The position numbers were made by a program, and so were the translations under genes. A stretch of 63,378 nucleotides of DNA, filler included, from Choristocarpus tenellus KU-1152 (lineage: Eukaryota; Protista; Phaeophyceae): the NCBI GenBank assembly GCA_964200185.2. It is 7 parts of 7 records of this genome, joined end to end, with 100 filler letters (N's around TTAATTAATTAA, not from the genome) between each part and the next. Parts side by side here need not be neighbours in the genome. Positions count along the whole stretch, not along the records: positions 1 to 17,588 come from CAXNAD020000659.1; positions 17,689 to 25,707 come from CAXNAD020005264.1; 5 more parts are not named here. One strand, 5' to 3'. The notes below the pieces were generated by a model, which saw nothing but the letters and a program-made list of their open reading frames with translations, had not been told where the DNA came from and did not search any database. How positions within the stretch are numbered: position 1 is the first letter of the stretch; each line of letters opens with the position of its first letter. Shown here piece by piece: positions 11,594-24,000 of the stretch.

Positions 11594-12793
11594 TTTTCAA
11601 AAGTGCGGGCGAAAAAGTGAACAAAACATGTGGGGGTTCCCCTCGGACGGTAGGGGTTACCGAAGACAGGGGGGTTCCCCTGTGCACTGCACTGTTGATT
11701 TCTCTTTGTTAGATTTTTATTTACAGAATTCAGAAAAGTTCCCGTATACATTTGCACAAAAAGCCGACTTTTTCACAACATTGTTAGCCTCCCTTACCAC
11801 GCAACCCTGGGGTACTATAGACAGTTCAACAACAGCAACTGATCTATGATGGGTTCGTAAGGACTGCAAACGCCTCAGCTATGGTAGGAAATCCCCCATG
11901 CTGTGTGTACATTAGGTCTCGCATACTTTGGCTCAAGGTCCTCTAAAATAGATTCGACACACGAGGGATGCATGCATAACAAAACCACACGACACGATGT
12001 CAGATAATGAGTCCTATTTGACCGTCTCCTCCCTCACAAAAATCTCTAAGAGAGCAAGACAAAATGCATGTTTTGTTCCACCCCGGAAAATTTAATAATA
12101 ACCGTTCAAACATCACTATTTCAATATCCCAGGTGTTGAATTCTGATCCCTCTGTGTTCAAAAGGATTTGTGTTGGATTCAGTAGGTGGCACACAATAGC
12201 AGGTGAAGAAAGGTTTATGACTTTGTCGGTCATCCATCCACCCCTGACTTATTACTTTGTGTAAGTCAGGAAATTTCTGAGATCCGGATAGTATGGTCAC
12301 CCGTTTCCCAAGTAAATGAAGGGGCCTGATGACTGGTTCATGGATTCATAAGTTCGAGCTTCCAAGAAGTAGTATTATCACATATGTACTAGCAGTTCAT
12401 TGATGATGTTCTCAAAATCCCCAAGAATTTTTTTATGCGTAGATGGAATAATGTACAGGATTTATAGAAACAAACAATAATTTCAAGTATTTTTGTAGAA
12501 TAATTTATGGTCTTTAGGAGTAAATATATGTGGCACTCTTTTTTTGGTGGCAGTTGGTCTCATCCGCTAAATCCGCACCACATCGCTTGCAATCCTTTTT
12601 TGATACATTTCGAAGAATAATATGTATTTGCTTGTCGAAAAAAAACTGTTCCATCAAAATCTTGGTCCCCTCATCAGTCTGCAGCACACAAAAACACACA
12701 CACACACACACACCTTTCAAAATCAAGGACAACTCCCTCTCTCCTACTATCAGCTGATCCTCCACTCCCTTGAGGAAGAGACCTCACCTCAAC

Positions 12794-13202
12794 ATGGCTC
12801 TGCTACCCTCTCGACCCGTGTTCCTTGGTCTGTTGACCGCCCTCTACACCCATTGCACAACCGGTTCGTACTAAAGTACACTATTCGAACCAATTCACTA
12901 GTTTTCTCATGTTCGACGAATTACACGTGCCCGAAGCTGGTAAAAGAGGCTATAGCTGATGCATCGCTAAGACACCATTACATCAAACGAACGCATGCCA
13001 ACCCACAACCTAAATGTCACTTTCAGGCGTATGGGTCGAGGTCGGAACCAAGGGTCAGGTGGGGTCTTCTGCCACGGCGTTCGATCCACGTTTGCAAGAC
13101 AACAGTGGCTGCAATCCAAGCGGTTGTACTCCTGCTTTGTCTAGGGTGAGTGCGTCAGTGAGCAAGCAGTATTTGTTGACTTCAGACAGCACAGCCAATA
13201 TC

Positions 13203-13242
<40 letters not shown>

Positions 13243-16090
13243 GAGAGGTGTAGTCGCTTATCAACATGAAACGAGTTGTGCATTTCAACTGTACAATTCA
13301 CAACCATCTCCTGACCGACCACCCCCAAACGCTTCACAGGATGGAAGCTTGACTCCGACATCAAGGTGGTCCTGCTCCACAACTCTCGGGGTCAATGAAT
13401 GCTCCATCACATACAGTTTCGGCACACCTCAACCTTTCAGGCGCATAGATGTTGGTGAGATGTGGCGGTTTGACTGGTTCCCTTGGCGGTCAACCTTTTG
13501 TTGGCATGTTTTGATTGATGTATTTTCTATGCAGCAGGGGTCAACTGTCGTCCTCATCATGCGTAGTCACAACCCTATCTGAAAAGCCTCTCCATCTACT
13601 ACTATATGAAAGGCGTGACTTTCTCTATTGTTGGTGTTAAGGTCGCAAGGTTGTACGATAACATTCTTTGGCATGAGAACCAGATAGCAGGCAGGAGTGT
13701 TCGAACGTTCCAAGTCTTAAGAGTGACCCTGACTATGAAAAGGTCCCAACTGCGGCGGGACTACGTCACTCATGTCTTACTACATGGAACACGCCGCAGG
13801 TACTCTGTACAATGCCGAGCTCCCATACAGGTGGAATGAAGCAGAAACCAAAGTTATCGCAAACGGCTAATCCAAGAATTTCCACACTTCAGGGGTTTCT
13901 CGTAAAGAGAAGCAGTAGCATGCAATAAAATTAATCGTAGCCTTGAACGGGGATGACCCAGGAAATCTGAACCTGGAGTGGGATTATTTTTCTTGCAAGA
14001 TGCTCTTGTAAGATCCTTCCCCCCTGCGTTTGAACATCCCTCCCTGTATGTTACATGTCTCCTTCTGGGCGTTCGTTTGGCAGTCAGATAACGCTCCTGA
14101 GGAGATATCAATCCTACTGAACTCCAATCCCATTTTGTTGCTTCATTCTCATTCTCCAAGGAAGGGTTGGGTGAGGAGGTGGCAGCCAATTTCACAAAGG
14201 CCCTCCCAAGTTAGTCAATGAGGACAATCTCTTGTCAGTCTGAGGACTGAGAAACTCTCTGGGCTTAGCCAGTCTTTCTTCAAACACCATGGGAGTTTTT
14301 GCTACTCCACACAGTACTTCAATCAATAGTACCGAATTATAATTCAGCGTATAGGGCCTGCGACTCTTACACTCTATCCTTTACCTCTTTACCACCAACC
14401 GGTCCTGCAACTACTATCACCTGGCGCGTACACTAACAGAAATCCCCTCATTGATTGACGATATCCCCCACCAGCGTTCTACCTGGGAGATGAACGCACG
14501 CGCCAGTTTGAGGTGGACAGCGACAGCACAAGGATGATCGACGATGAGAGTTCAGGGAACACTCTGGACTTGGAACAGTTCGGCCCGACAACAGAAGTTT
14601 TCCTCACTGACGAAGTCACCATTGTGTCCACACCCGTCGATGACGGGGAATGGTTCAGCCTCACCGAGGTATGTAGTAGTGGTGGTCTCAGGCATTGCCC
14701 TCAAATACTGATCTTGAATTGCTTTTGAGAAAATGATTTATTATTGTTTTTCAATACAGGGGAAGACATCCTTGATATCGTCATTTTCACGGAGAATCCA
14801 TACACCGTAGCCTGGAACACATTTTGTACTGTGTTTCTGCCAGCCTTTCTCGAAGAGCCATACAGTGCAGCGCAAGAAGGGTTACATCCATCTCGTGTGT
14901 TGTGTTTTCCAACCTTATAGCTGAGGAGGCCTCGTACAGCGCAAAAGAACACACGAAACACACACTGCTGTATAGAGTCTCGACTACTTGCTATCCAGGA
15001 GATAACTTTGGCACAGGTGTCGTTTCAGGGTACTTTCGAAAAATCGTGGTGTGGTAAACTTCTATGAAGCAAGTATTACCCGTTGAAGAATGGACTGCAC
15101 AATCCGGCACATGTTGTCCACCCTCGCCACCTCAATCTCTAATGCCACCAATTCCCTTATCTCGCTGTCTCAATTGCAGGTGGATATTTGGGTGATTCGA
15201 GGCGAGGAGGTTGCCGATTCGGGCAGATCTGTAACTGTTTCTGCAACGGGGTTCGATGATCGTACAGACTCTGGCTGCAACGGCCAGTGCCTTGCTTCTA
15301 ACTCGAGGGTAAGGGACTATATGTGATGTACGTAAGTGCTTCCAAACCGTAAATAATTGCCACTAGCCGATGCAGGGCGAAGAGTCAGTGATGGGTACAA
15401 TCAGGGTTGTTGTCACAATTCTGCTCGGAAGAAAAGGAGAAAGGCAGTAGTCAGTATGATGAAGATCCCAGTTAGAGTACCTTTCATAATACCAAGTGGT
15501 CGCGTTGAAACCTGCACCGTGTCCTTCCTCCTGCAGGACGGCAACTACGAAAGCGATGCAAGCCGTTGGTCGTGCATCAACTCTGACGCCACAGGAGGGC
15601 TGTGCAGTATCACCTACGACTTCTCCTCTGGTGCCCGCCTTGACAGCATTCTTGTATGTGAGTTTCCTCATAACATTTTTGCATCCACAGAGTAGGCTCT
15701 GGTGTTGCATGGACGTCCAGAACCGTACTTGACAGCAGGCTGTTGCAAAAAAAGGACATCTAACTGTAGCTTACAACGTACGCACGCATACCATGAACTC
15801 AACCACAAACAATTATCAACGCCCACCCCACCAGTAACCTCTGCCCACTACCCCCTCCTGTTATCCCCCCCTCAGCCCTCTACCTGGGCGACGAGCGAAC
15901 ACGTTCACTAAGTGTGTACCTCAACGGCAATACTAGTCCAGAAACAACTTGGACCAGCTCCGGCAACACGGATGGGTTTGAAGAGATTGAGATTGATCGC
16001 CAAGGGATCACCTCTGTCAAGCTCGAAGCACTCAACCTCGGGACTGAGTGGCTGAGCATCAAGGAGACCATGTTCTACGTCAGCACCTGA
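12794..16090 (+). CDS. Secreted protein (about 320 aa) with two tandem beta-sandwich repeats (F5/8 type C / galactose-binding-like, brown-algal type)
   Basis: Seven phase-consistent GT-AG exons: 12794-12863 (MALLPSRPVFLGLLTALYTHCTT, signal-peptide-like), 13027-13145, 13340-13454, 14475-14668, 15180-15308, 15537-15657 and 15876-16090 (TGA). Repeat pattern: SAT.FD.R...GC...C..A.SR-DG.....SRWSC....G..CSITY.F / YLGDERTR...SSGNT...E...EW.S..E. The fold assignment is from motif recognition only. Confidence 0.82.
13207..13237. repeat. (GA)n microsatellite in an intron
   Basis: Direct reading of the sequence. Confidence 0.9.
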
Positions 16091-17588
16091 GCGTACATAA
16101 CTTGTTCCCCTTGATGACTGCAAACGTACGTTTCACAGCTGAACCAGCAGATGAGGTGGTCTAGATCTTGAAAACTGTGTGATACGCTATTGGGCATACG
16201 TTTTTTCAAGATGAATGCATTGCATGCATATGGGGTCCACGTAAAGTGACCTAATATGCAAACGACTATGTACAATATGGAAGCATCTCCTCCACACGGT
16301 GTGGTAGGGTCCATCTCGTACCTAAATTCTTTTCGATTGGAGTACGTGTCCGCACACTGTGGGACGTGATTGTGTAGGGCACTGGCCCAGTCGGTTGAAG
16401 CATATCCAGCCTATTTGCTCGCACCATTCTTTCTGTACATATCTGTCTAACTGGATAGGTGTGATTAGGGTAGGATCTCAAGAGGAACAGGCGTTCGTTT
16501 TTGTGAAGAACTACCACTCTACTTAAGCTCGGAGGAGGGCACGCGAAAAACATTGGTTGGATAAGAGAGGGAAAAGGGTTACGTCTCACTGATTGTTGAG
16601 CGCCGGAGTCGGCCTAAACTTGCGTCCAGAATCGCACAAAAAAATGTATATTCCGTTTGAGAATTCCCACAAGTTGGTATCCCCAGGGAGGTCGTAGATG
16701 TCACGATCCACGAACAGTCGTGAATTCTACTCGCTGGGGCGGTGGGTCCAGGAGCTTAAGTGGTTGCAAATGCTGTGAGAAGTTTGAGCTGGGGTAACCT
16801 TGGCGTGAGAAAACGAAATAGAGAGCAATTCAGCCTTGGCCGGACTTGGTTATAGCTTGATCAGCCTAACTAAGCAGGTTCGTTTTTGAGCTTTGGTTGT
16901 ACCTTTGATATTAGATTACATCGTATTTCCCATTCCTTTCTCATTTCATAATAATTAAATTGTTTCAATGTATGAATATTTCGTCTCTCCAACCACGACT
17001 CCATCTTTGCCTTCATCAAGGTGCTGTTGTTGACAGATGCAAAGGTTGGGGGCTCCAGAGAAGGATGAAGATTGATTCTGTAAAACATAGGCTACTTATT
17101 TGTTTGTTCCTTGATACGATACAGTTCCACCAGTCAACGCTGGCTGTTGATTGGTCTGTTACGTTCTGGACGTTGCTGTCACTAGTTCATCATCACCACA
17201 TCAATTGCAATCAGAATATAGTAAAATAGTATTCGTCACTTGAGTTTCTTAACACATATTGGTTCAAGTTTGTTCTCTTGTTCTCTTGTTCTCTTGTTTG
17301 TTTTTCTTTCACTCTTTCTTCTTATCAACAGAAGATGACAGTTGAACGTTGATTGTTGATTGTTATTTTTTTCGTGACTGCCATTGATCCCTCACAATGC
17401 ACCCAACTCACTCTACAATGAGTGCACCAGCTACACATCTGAATGCAATTTAATCAGGGTTAAAAAACCATCCGCGGAAACCCTTGCCAGCCAAGGTAAT
17501 AGGCCTCTCCACCGAGCATGGACTTCTTTCGTTGAGTATCTCATGAAAGAACACTGAATTCACATCACATCATTCTGGATTGAGCAAC

Positions 17589-17688
17589 NNNNNNNNNNNN
17601 NNNNNNNNNNNNNNNNNNNNNNNNNNNNNNNNTTAATTAATTAANNNNNNNNNNNNNNNNNNNNNNNNNNNNNNNNNNNNNNNNNNNN
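17589..17688. other. Artificial contig linker (N44-TTAATTAATTAA-N44)
   Basis: An identical 100-bp spacer with stop codons in all frames recurs six times. Confidence 0.97.
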
Positions 17689-18052
17689 CCACGGTATAAC
17701 GGTATATGGCATACGACAATAACGGTATAATAACAGACAAACATGCTTTCCACAGTTTAGGTCAAAATATTTTTTACAAGAACCATTATATTTGTTGTTT
17801 AATATTATAGAACAAAGTTAGTACCTTGATGAGTTCAAGCCTCTACAACTCTAGACCTCTAGTTTCTGTGAACCATCACCTACTCAACAACACACTAATA
17901 CCACTGTTGTAGTTCAATGTTTCATTTCCATATAATGTGGCGATGAGACGCAGTTTTCAAGAAAAGAGTTTGACTCGTGGTTGTCGGTAGAAAAGGAGAG
18001 GTCAGGGGCGTGGCCTGCACCCAAGGTCTTGGTTAAATAGGAGCAAAGAAAT

Positions 18053-21000
18053 ATGAAGTTTGGGAAGCAACTCCAAACTGGCGTGTACAAGCCATGGCAA
18101 GATCAGTACATGGTGCGCAAACATAATGTGGAAGGGGGAATGTGACTGGCCCTCACTTTCATTCTTGGGCTTATCTGAGCTCCGAGGTTTTGGAATGCTT
18201 GCCATGGGGCAGTGGGTGTTGGTAGGTGCGACACATCAAATCTACCTAGGAGGAGCAGAAGATGTTGAGATTGCATCCTATTATAGTTGCACTTGGATAA
18301 GGAGATAATCTCCTGATATTTCCTACCTAAATCCAGTCTCATTCCTAATGTACTCCTCTTACTTTGTCTGGCGTGTGTTTGGTTGATGTGATTGTTTTTA
18401 TGCGATTGGAAGGCCTATGGCAAGTACAGACGTATGCTAAAGCGCTACCAGTTTTTAAAGGAACAAAGACTCATGGGCAAGGTCGCAGGCGAGATCAAGT
18501 ACGCCAAACAAGAAGGTGGGGGTGGGATATGTTGAGACGAGTAGGGCGACTTTGAAATGTGTGCTTATGATCAGGAATGCTTGCCTTGTAAAGATGTGAT
18601 CAACACAAAGTAAAGGGAGTAACTTTGGTTCACAGGTCATGGGTGTACATTCACATGTTCACAGACGCACACACACGCGCGCGCGCGTAGGGATCGATGA
18701 GAGGAGTGCAAGAGGGTTACACAACAAGGACATTCATCGATACAAACTCACACTCACAATTCGTCTGTGCAAATGTAGAAATGCCAAATGAAGAATTCAT
18801 CTAAACGCGTGGAGGCAAATGAACGTGCCAATACTTACATGCATTACAGATAGGGTAGAACCGGAGCAAGTATCTTTAGCGTAGTTGGTGAGCTACGATT
18901 GGAGTTCTCTAGTGAGAAAGCCTCTGTGGCCTCAGAGGTGTATCGTTTCAACGTCAGGCCCTACCCTAGACTGAACCACCACTGTCAACGATTTTTTTTA
19001 AAGCTTCTGCCTCAATGCAAGCCTGTGCAACCACTTTACCAACTGTGGATGCCTTGTGGTACTGCCATAAAATCTCCCTGGGGATAAGACAAAGCACATG
19101 ACTATTGGTGTTGACGTCCAATTCACCATATATATTGTAGTGGCGTCTTGTGCTATACCCCCCCCAAAGGCTTGGACGGAACGCATGTGCCTGATGTGTA
19201 TGACACGCTCCCATTCAAATCGAGGGTAGCCTGGACTTTGAGACCCTGAGTTGTAGGTAACACAATATAAATATTAAGGATAGCAACAACACAGAAAAAA
19301 AAGACCAATAACTTCCTTCTACAAGACTCAAGTGGCGAATTTTCAACAGTATATTTGCATTGACAACCCTCATACCCCACTGCCCAAGGTTGCATTTTCG
19401 ATGTTCCTGTAAATCTCAATGCCATCTCGGTGTGTTGGACATCTGAACTGTAGTATGACTGAAGCACATGCTATGGCTACTGTGTATGACAATCATGCGT
19501 TGAAATGAAAAAAAGATCTTCCTCTCCTATTGATTGAAGTTTTGCTTGAAATGGTTCAACATTTCATGTTTCCTGTTTGTCAGGAGGCCTTTTTGATAGG
19601 TGCTCATTTTTCCCCACCCTCCCCCCCTCCTTCCCTCTCCTCCTGTATCATCTCTGTTCCTTGCCCCTCTCCTCCCTCGGCCTTGAGCCGTGACTGGTGC
19701 TTTCTTTGAATTTCACACCTCTTTTCTCATGCACTGGTCTACCAACACACATGTACACAAAACATCAGCGGCGTGGATAGCAAGTGGGCACGATTCACCC
19801 GTTGCGATGGGAAGTATTGAGAAGGCGCCTCTCATACCATCACGGCCTCCAGCAGCAGGGTTTGGTTCACTTCATGGCACAGGGAAAAGTGATGTGGGTC
19901 ATGCACATAACGGGAATGCCTTGCTGACCCAAGGACTGATTTATGATGCAGAAGGGCATGAGCAGGTGAGACTATAGTGCATGGTGTGAACAGTGAATGT
20001 TTTCATGCATTATCTTTGCCTGTCTGCGTTTGAGTGTTTCTGTGTCTGGTGTTTCTGGGTGTACCTACATATGGATATGATCAAGCAACAAGGACGGGGA
20101 ACATAGCGTGTTGTATGCATATCTGTACATATCTGTACATATCTGTATATATCTATACATGTCTGTACATATCTGGTTTATACACACGCATGTGTGCTCT
20201 CCATCATACTGTTGATGCCATAGGCAACCGCTACCAGCTCTAGCAATAGAACCTTCCCCTGCATGCCCTCTCCTGACAAACAACTTTTTTTGTTAGTCAC
20301 GTTGGTATAGAGAGAGGATAAGGGTCAGTAGAATGGATTGTGAGATAAGCTAACCTGGTTCTGTGATACCATGTTGAGTGTGTGCCAGTGTCAAGAGGTG
20401 TGTGGATACCGACTCCACGGAAGACTGCATTGGTCCTTCAATGTGGCCTACAGTGCTGTACTGAGGTGTTGTCGCTATGTGAAATGTCTTCATAATTGAG
20501 CAGTTGCTGGGCCAGATATCTACTTAAGATTTATGGGTGAGGCAGTCCAGACTACAGTGCATTTGCAGTGCCTGTCCATGGATGAAGGTGGAGTGTGTGA
20601 AGTTTGTAGCTGGAGAGGGGAATGTCTGATGGACAACATTTTGCTGAAATATTTTCTAATGTGGAGTGGCTTTTGAGGGAGGAAACACTGGAGTCGGTGG
20701 GTTTATTATTTATTTATGATATCATTTTTTGGTCAATAGTGTGGTTCAGTTCCTATATTACTCTACAACTGATGTGATTCTAGTGGAGATAATTGGGGGT
20801 GACAGTGGTGGTGATCTCTGCATGATAATGTGGATTGTTATAATAATAATAATATTTGGATTTGATTTATAACTGTGTGTTCAGAGTCACTACTGACTGC
20901 AATTGTAGGCTATTGAAGTAGGTGGGATGCAGGGGATATTCTCACCTCTACGTTTGTGTCTTTAATGTCGCACTGTTACAAGTTACAAGATTCAGTTTGA

Positions 21001-24000
21001 ATCATTGTGGAAACGCACAAAAAAAGATGTCATCAGGTGCACATGCACAACATACATGTATGATCGACTGACTGGAGAGGCAAGATACCCGGGTCATTGT
21101 ACTAGTGCGTCAAAACATCAATGTCCACCAATAAAGCCTTGAGAGTTAGCCCCGACTTGACACATGGGCCATGATGATGGCATAGTTTACTCCTATATTT
21201 TGAATTGCGAATTGACTGTAGCAACAAAACCATCACATATACTACAGCAAACTATCTCGTCTCATGTTCCCCGTCCTGTTTCTGTTGCCATTGTCATGTC
21301 ATCATGTCATCTTGAAATATTCATGTATCATTGGCCTTCTATGCTATGCACAATTCACAATTTTTATTTACAATTTTTATTCACAATTTTTATTTACAAT
21401 TTTTATTCACAATTTTTATTCACAATTTTTATTTACAATTTTTATTCACAATTTTTATTCACAATTTTTATTTACAATTTTTATTCACAATTTTTATTCA
21501 CAATTTTTATTCACAATTTTTATTTACAATTTTTATTCACAATTTTTATTCACAATTTTTATTCACAATTTTTATTCACAATTTTTATTCACAATTTTTA
21601 TTCACAATTTTTATTCACAATTTTTATTCACAATTTTTACGGTGTGTGCTTTCACACTGATGCACGTCATGTCATATATGGATGGGACGGATTAAATTGA
21701 TGACACGTTGGGGACATTTGCAATGGGTGATTGTTGGTGATTTGTTTATGGTTTTTGGTGATTGTGATTGTGATTGTGAATATGATTGTTGGTGCGCTTC
21801 CATGCCCGTACGGATGGAATGGAATGGGATGGGATGGGTGGGGGTGTCGGTAATGATAATAGTTCATCCGTTTTGAGCGTCAGAAGAGCCATGCTGAGAG
21901 AGAGACCTCCAGTGAGGAGTTTTTTGGCGAGCTGGACAAGGACAAGGAGAAGGTTAGTTTTGGTTTTGGTTTTAGTTTTGGTGTTAGTTTTGGTGTTAGT
22001 TTTAGTGTTAGTTTTAGTGTTAGTTTTGGTGTTAGTTTTAGTGTTAGTTTTAGTGTTAGTTTTAGTGTTAGTTTTGGTGTTAGTTTTGGTGTTAGTTTTG
22101 GTGTTAGTTTTGTCCGTTTGGTTCTGTTTCTTGATCTGTTGTGGTAGATCTAGAGCGGTGTGTTTGTGTTGCATTGTAATGACTTGTTCGATCGCTTTAT
22201 TATTTTATTTATAGTTGAACATTAAGCCTCTATTTGTTTTTGCACAGCATCGTACTGTTTCATGTGTAGATGCCTCCACTATTATATCAAACCTGACCTT
22301 GCAGCAGCACATGTCTGCCTGTGACTGACCTGCTTTGTGGATTTGCTGGACTGAACCCTATTGAGAGCACCTGCAGCATCTCTACTATTTTTGTATTATT
22401 GGTCTTGTGTCATCTCTACTAGTGGTCACACTAGTGAGGTTTTTCACCTCGATGGTCTTGTGTTTGGCACAAGTTGTCTATTGACTGTATATGATTCATT
22501 ACTGCTATTTACTTACTGTTGTGACTTGCCTTTGACTTGCCTTCAAATACATCTTTTGGTGCCGTTATACTTACTGCAGGTGGAGAATTTTTTTGTGGGT
22601 AAATTAGCTGAACTGGAGGACCAGATCCGGGTGTTTGAGAAACAGTGAGATGAAAATATTTGAATGCAGCTGTGTGTATACTGTATATATGGTATTGTGT
22701 TCTTCATACCAAGTAGGGCATTAGTTTTTTTGTCCAATGTGGAATGGCATCTAGGATTTGGCCAGTTCCCCTCACACGTTTGGAATTACATGTATAGTAA
22801 GCAGGTTTTTGATGGGGAGGGGAGGGGAGGTTGGGAGTCATTGGTAGTGAATCCAGCAATCACTGGAGCTGGAGTGCATATGGCGTGTATGGTGGGATAT
22901 TGGGGTTTCAAGGAAGGGAGGATGAACAAACTAAAGGTGTGTGTTGTGTAGTGTCCTTATCCTGTTGTGTAGTGCTGCAGTGAGTACACTTGATGATGCT
23001 ACTGGCTTATTTGAAAGTTGTTTAGATGTAATGATGGAGGCTAAAGAAAATAATTGTTGGACAAAAGCACCTTCGCAGATCTGTGCTGGGACTCTGTGCG
23101 TTCCTCAGACAAGTGGCACCTTTTTGCTCTGATAATTTTAAGGCACTTGAACAGAATGATATTTTTTTTAGTGTCATACGCAAGTATTTGTCTTGCTCTC
23201 GAGTAAATGAGAAATTGATAGTTTTGGTGTATGTAATTTAACCAAATTTTGACTGTTGTACCAATTGTTTTCATCAAAAAGACATTTCAGTTGTCTTCAT
23301 TGTCTTCATCAAAAAGACAATTCGCACACAGATTTGATTTGGTTGATTTGGTTGAGAGGTGCAGAATATATGCTTTTGGAACTGAGACATGTCTGATTTT
23401 TATTTTGGTGAACCCCTTGTGCTTACACACTCAAATATGCACCAGGCCTCAGTCAAACATCTCCCCAAAAGATAAACACGATATCCATACCATGAATCTA
23501 GCCCTCCCCAACCCCTCAGGCTCATGGCATCCCCTCCCACTTACACAGACTGACAGGACCCAGCTACCCAAGTATAATTTGTATCCCTCCCCCTGCCCCC
23601 CACCCAAACCCTGGCTGTGTTGTGCATGCCTGCTCCAGGCAAAGTATGCAGAACTCCTGGGCCGTTCCCTCTGGTAGCACATTCATCAACCTTCGGAATA
23701 CCTTCACAGAGGTTGTGGCATTGCAGAAATATGTAGAGCTCAACAAAGACGGCTTCCGTAAGATTGTGAAGAAGTATGACAAGTTGGTGGGCACTTCCAA
23801 CCTTGACAGGCAAGCTGACGAGGGATGCTTTGCTTGGGTGTGCTTGAGATAGGTGAAGGCATATTCCATTGAAGAAATGCCGCTTTTATGGGCTGATTGT
23901 GATGAGTTGGCCTACCTGACTCTCAGCCCTATGAGGTATTTGTTGCGATCAATCCACATTTATATTTATATAATACTTGGTGGCAATCCACATAATACTT

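Noticed and set aside
17589-17688. Recurrent palindrome TTAATTAATTAA between N runs as a biological motif
   Set aside because: It is an identical 100-bp stop-codon spacer used to concatenate contigs. Synteny across the linkers was also disregarded for this reason.
18899-19087. PYPRLNHH segment as SPX exon 2
   Set aside because: Its phase is incompatible with exon 1 (it gives an immediate stop); 18413-18515 fits both flanking phases.
21164-21700. Three overlapping ORFs with FLFTIFIHNFYSQ repeats, or a CRISPR-like array
   Set aside because: This is read-through of a stop-free 13-bp minisatellite in an intron; there are no unique spacers and no cas genes.
21746-22214. Poly-LV and TNTK repeat proteins
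   Set aside because: These are translations of the 12-bp intronic repeat; the true exon is 21863-21952 in another frame.
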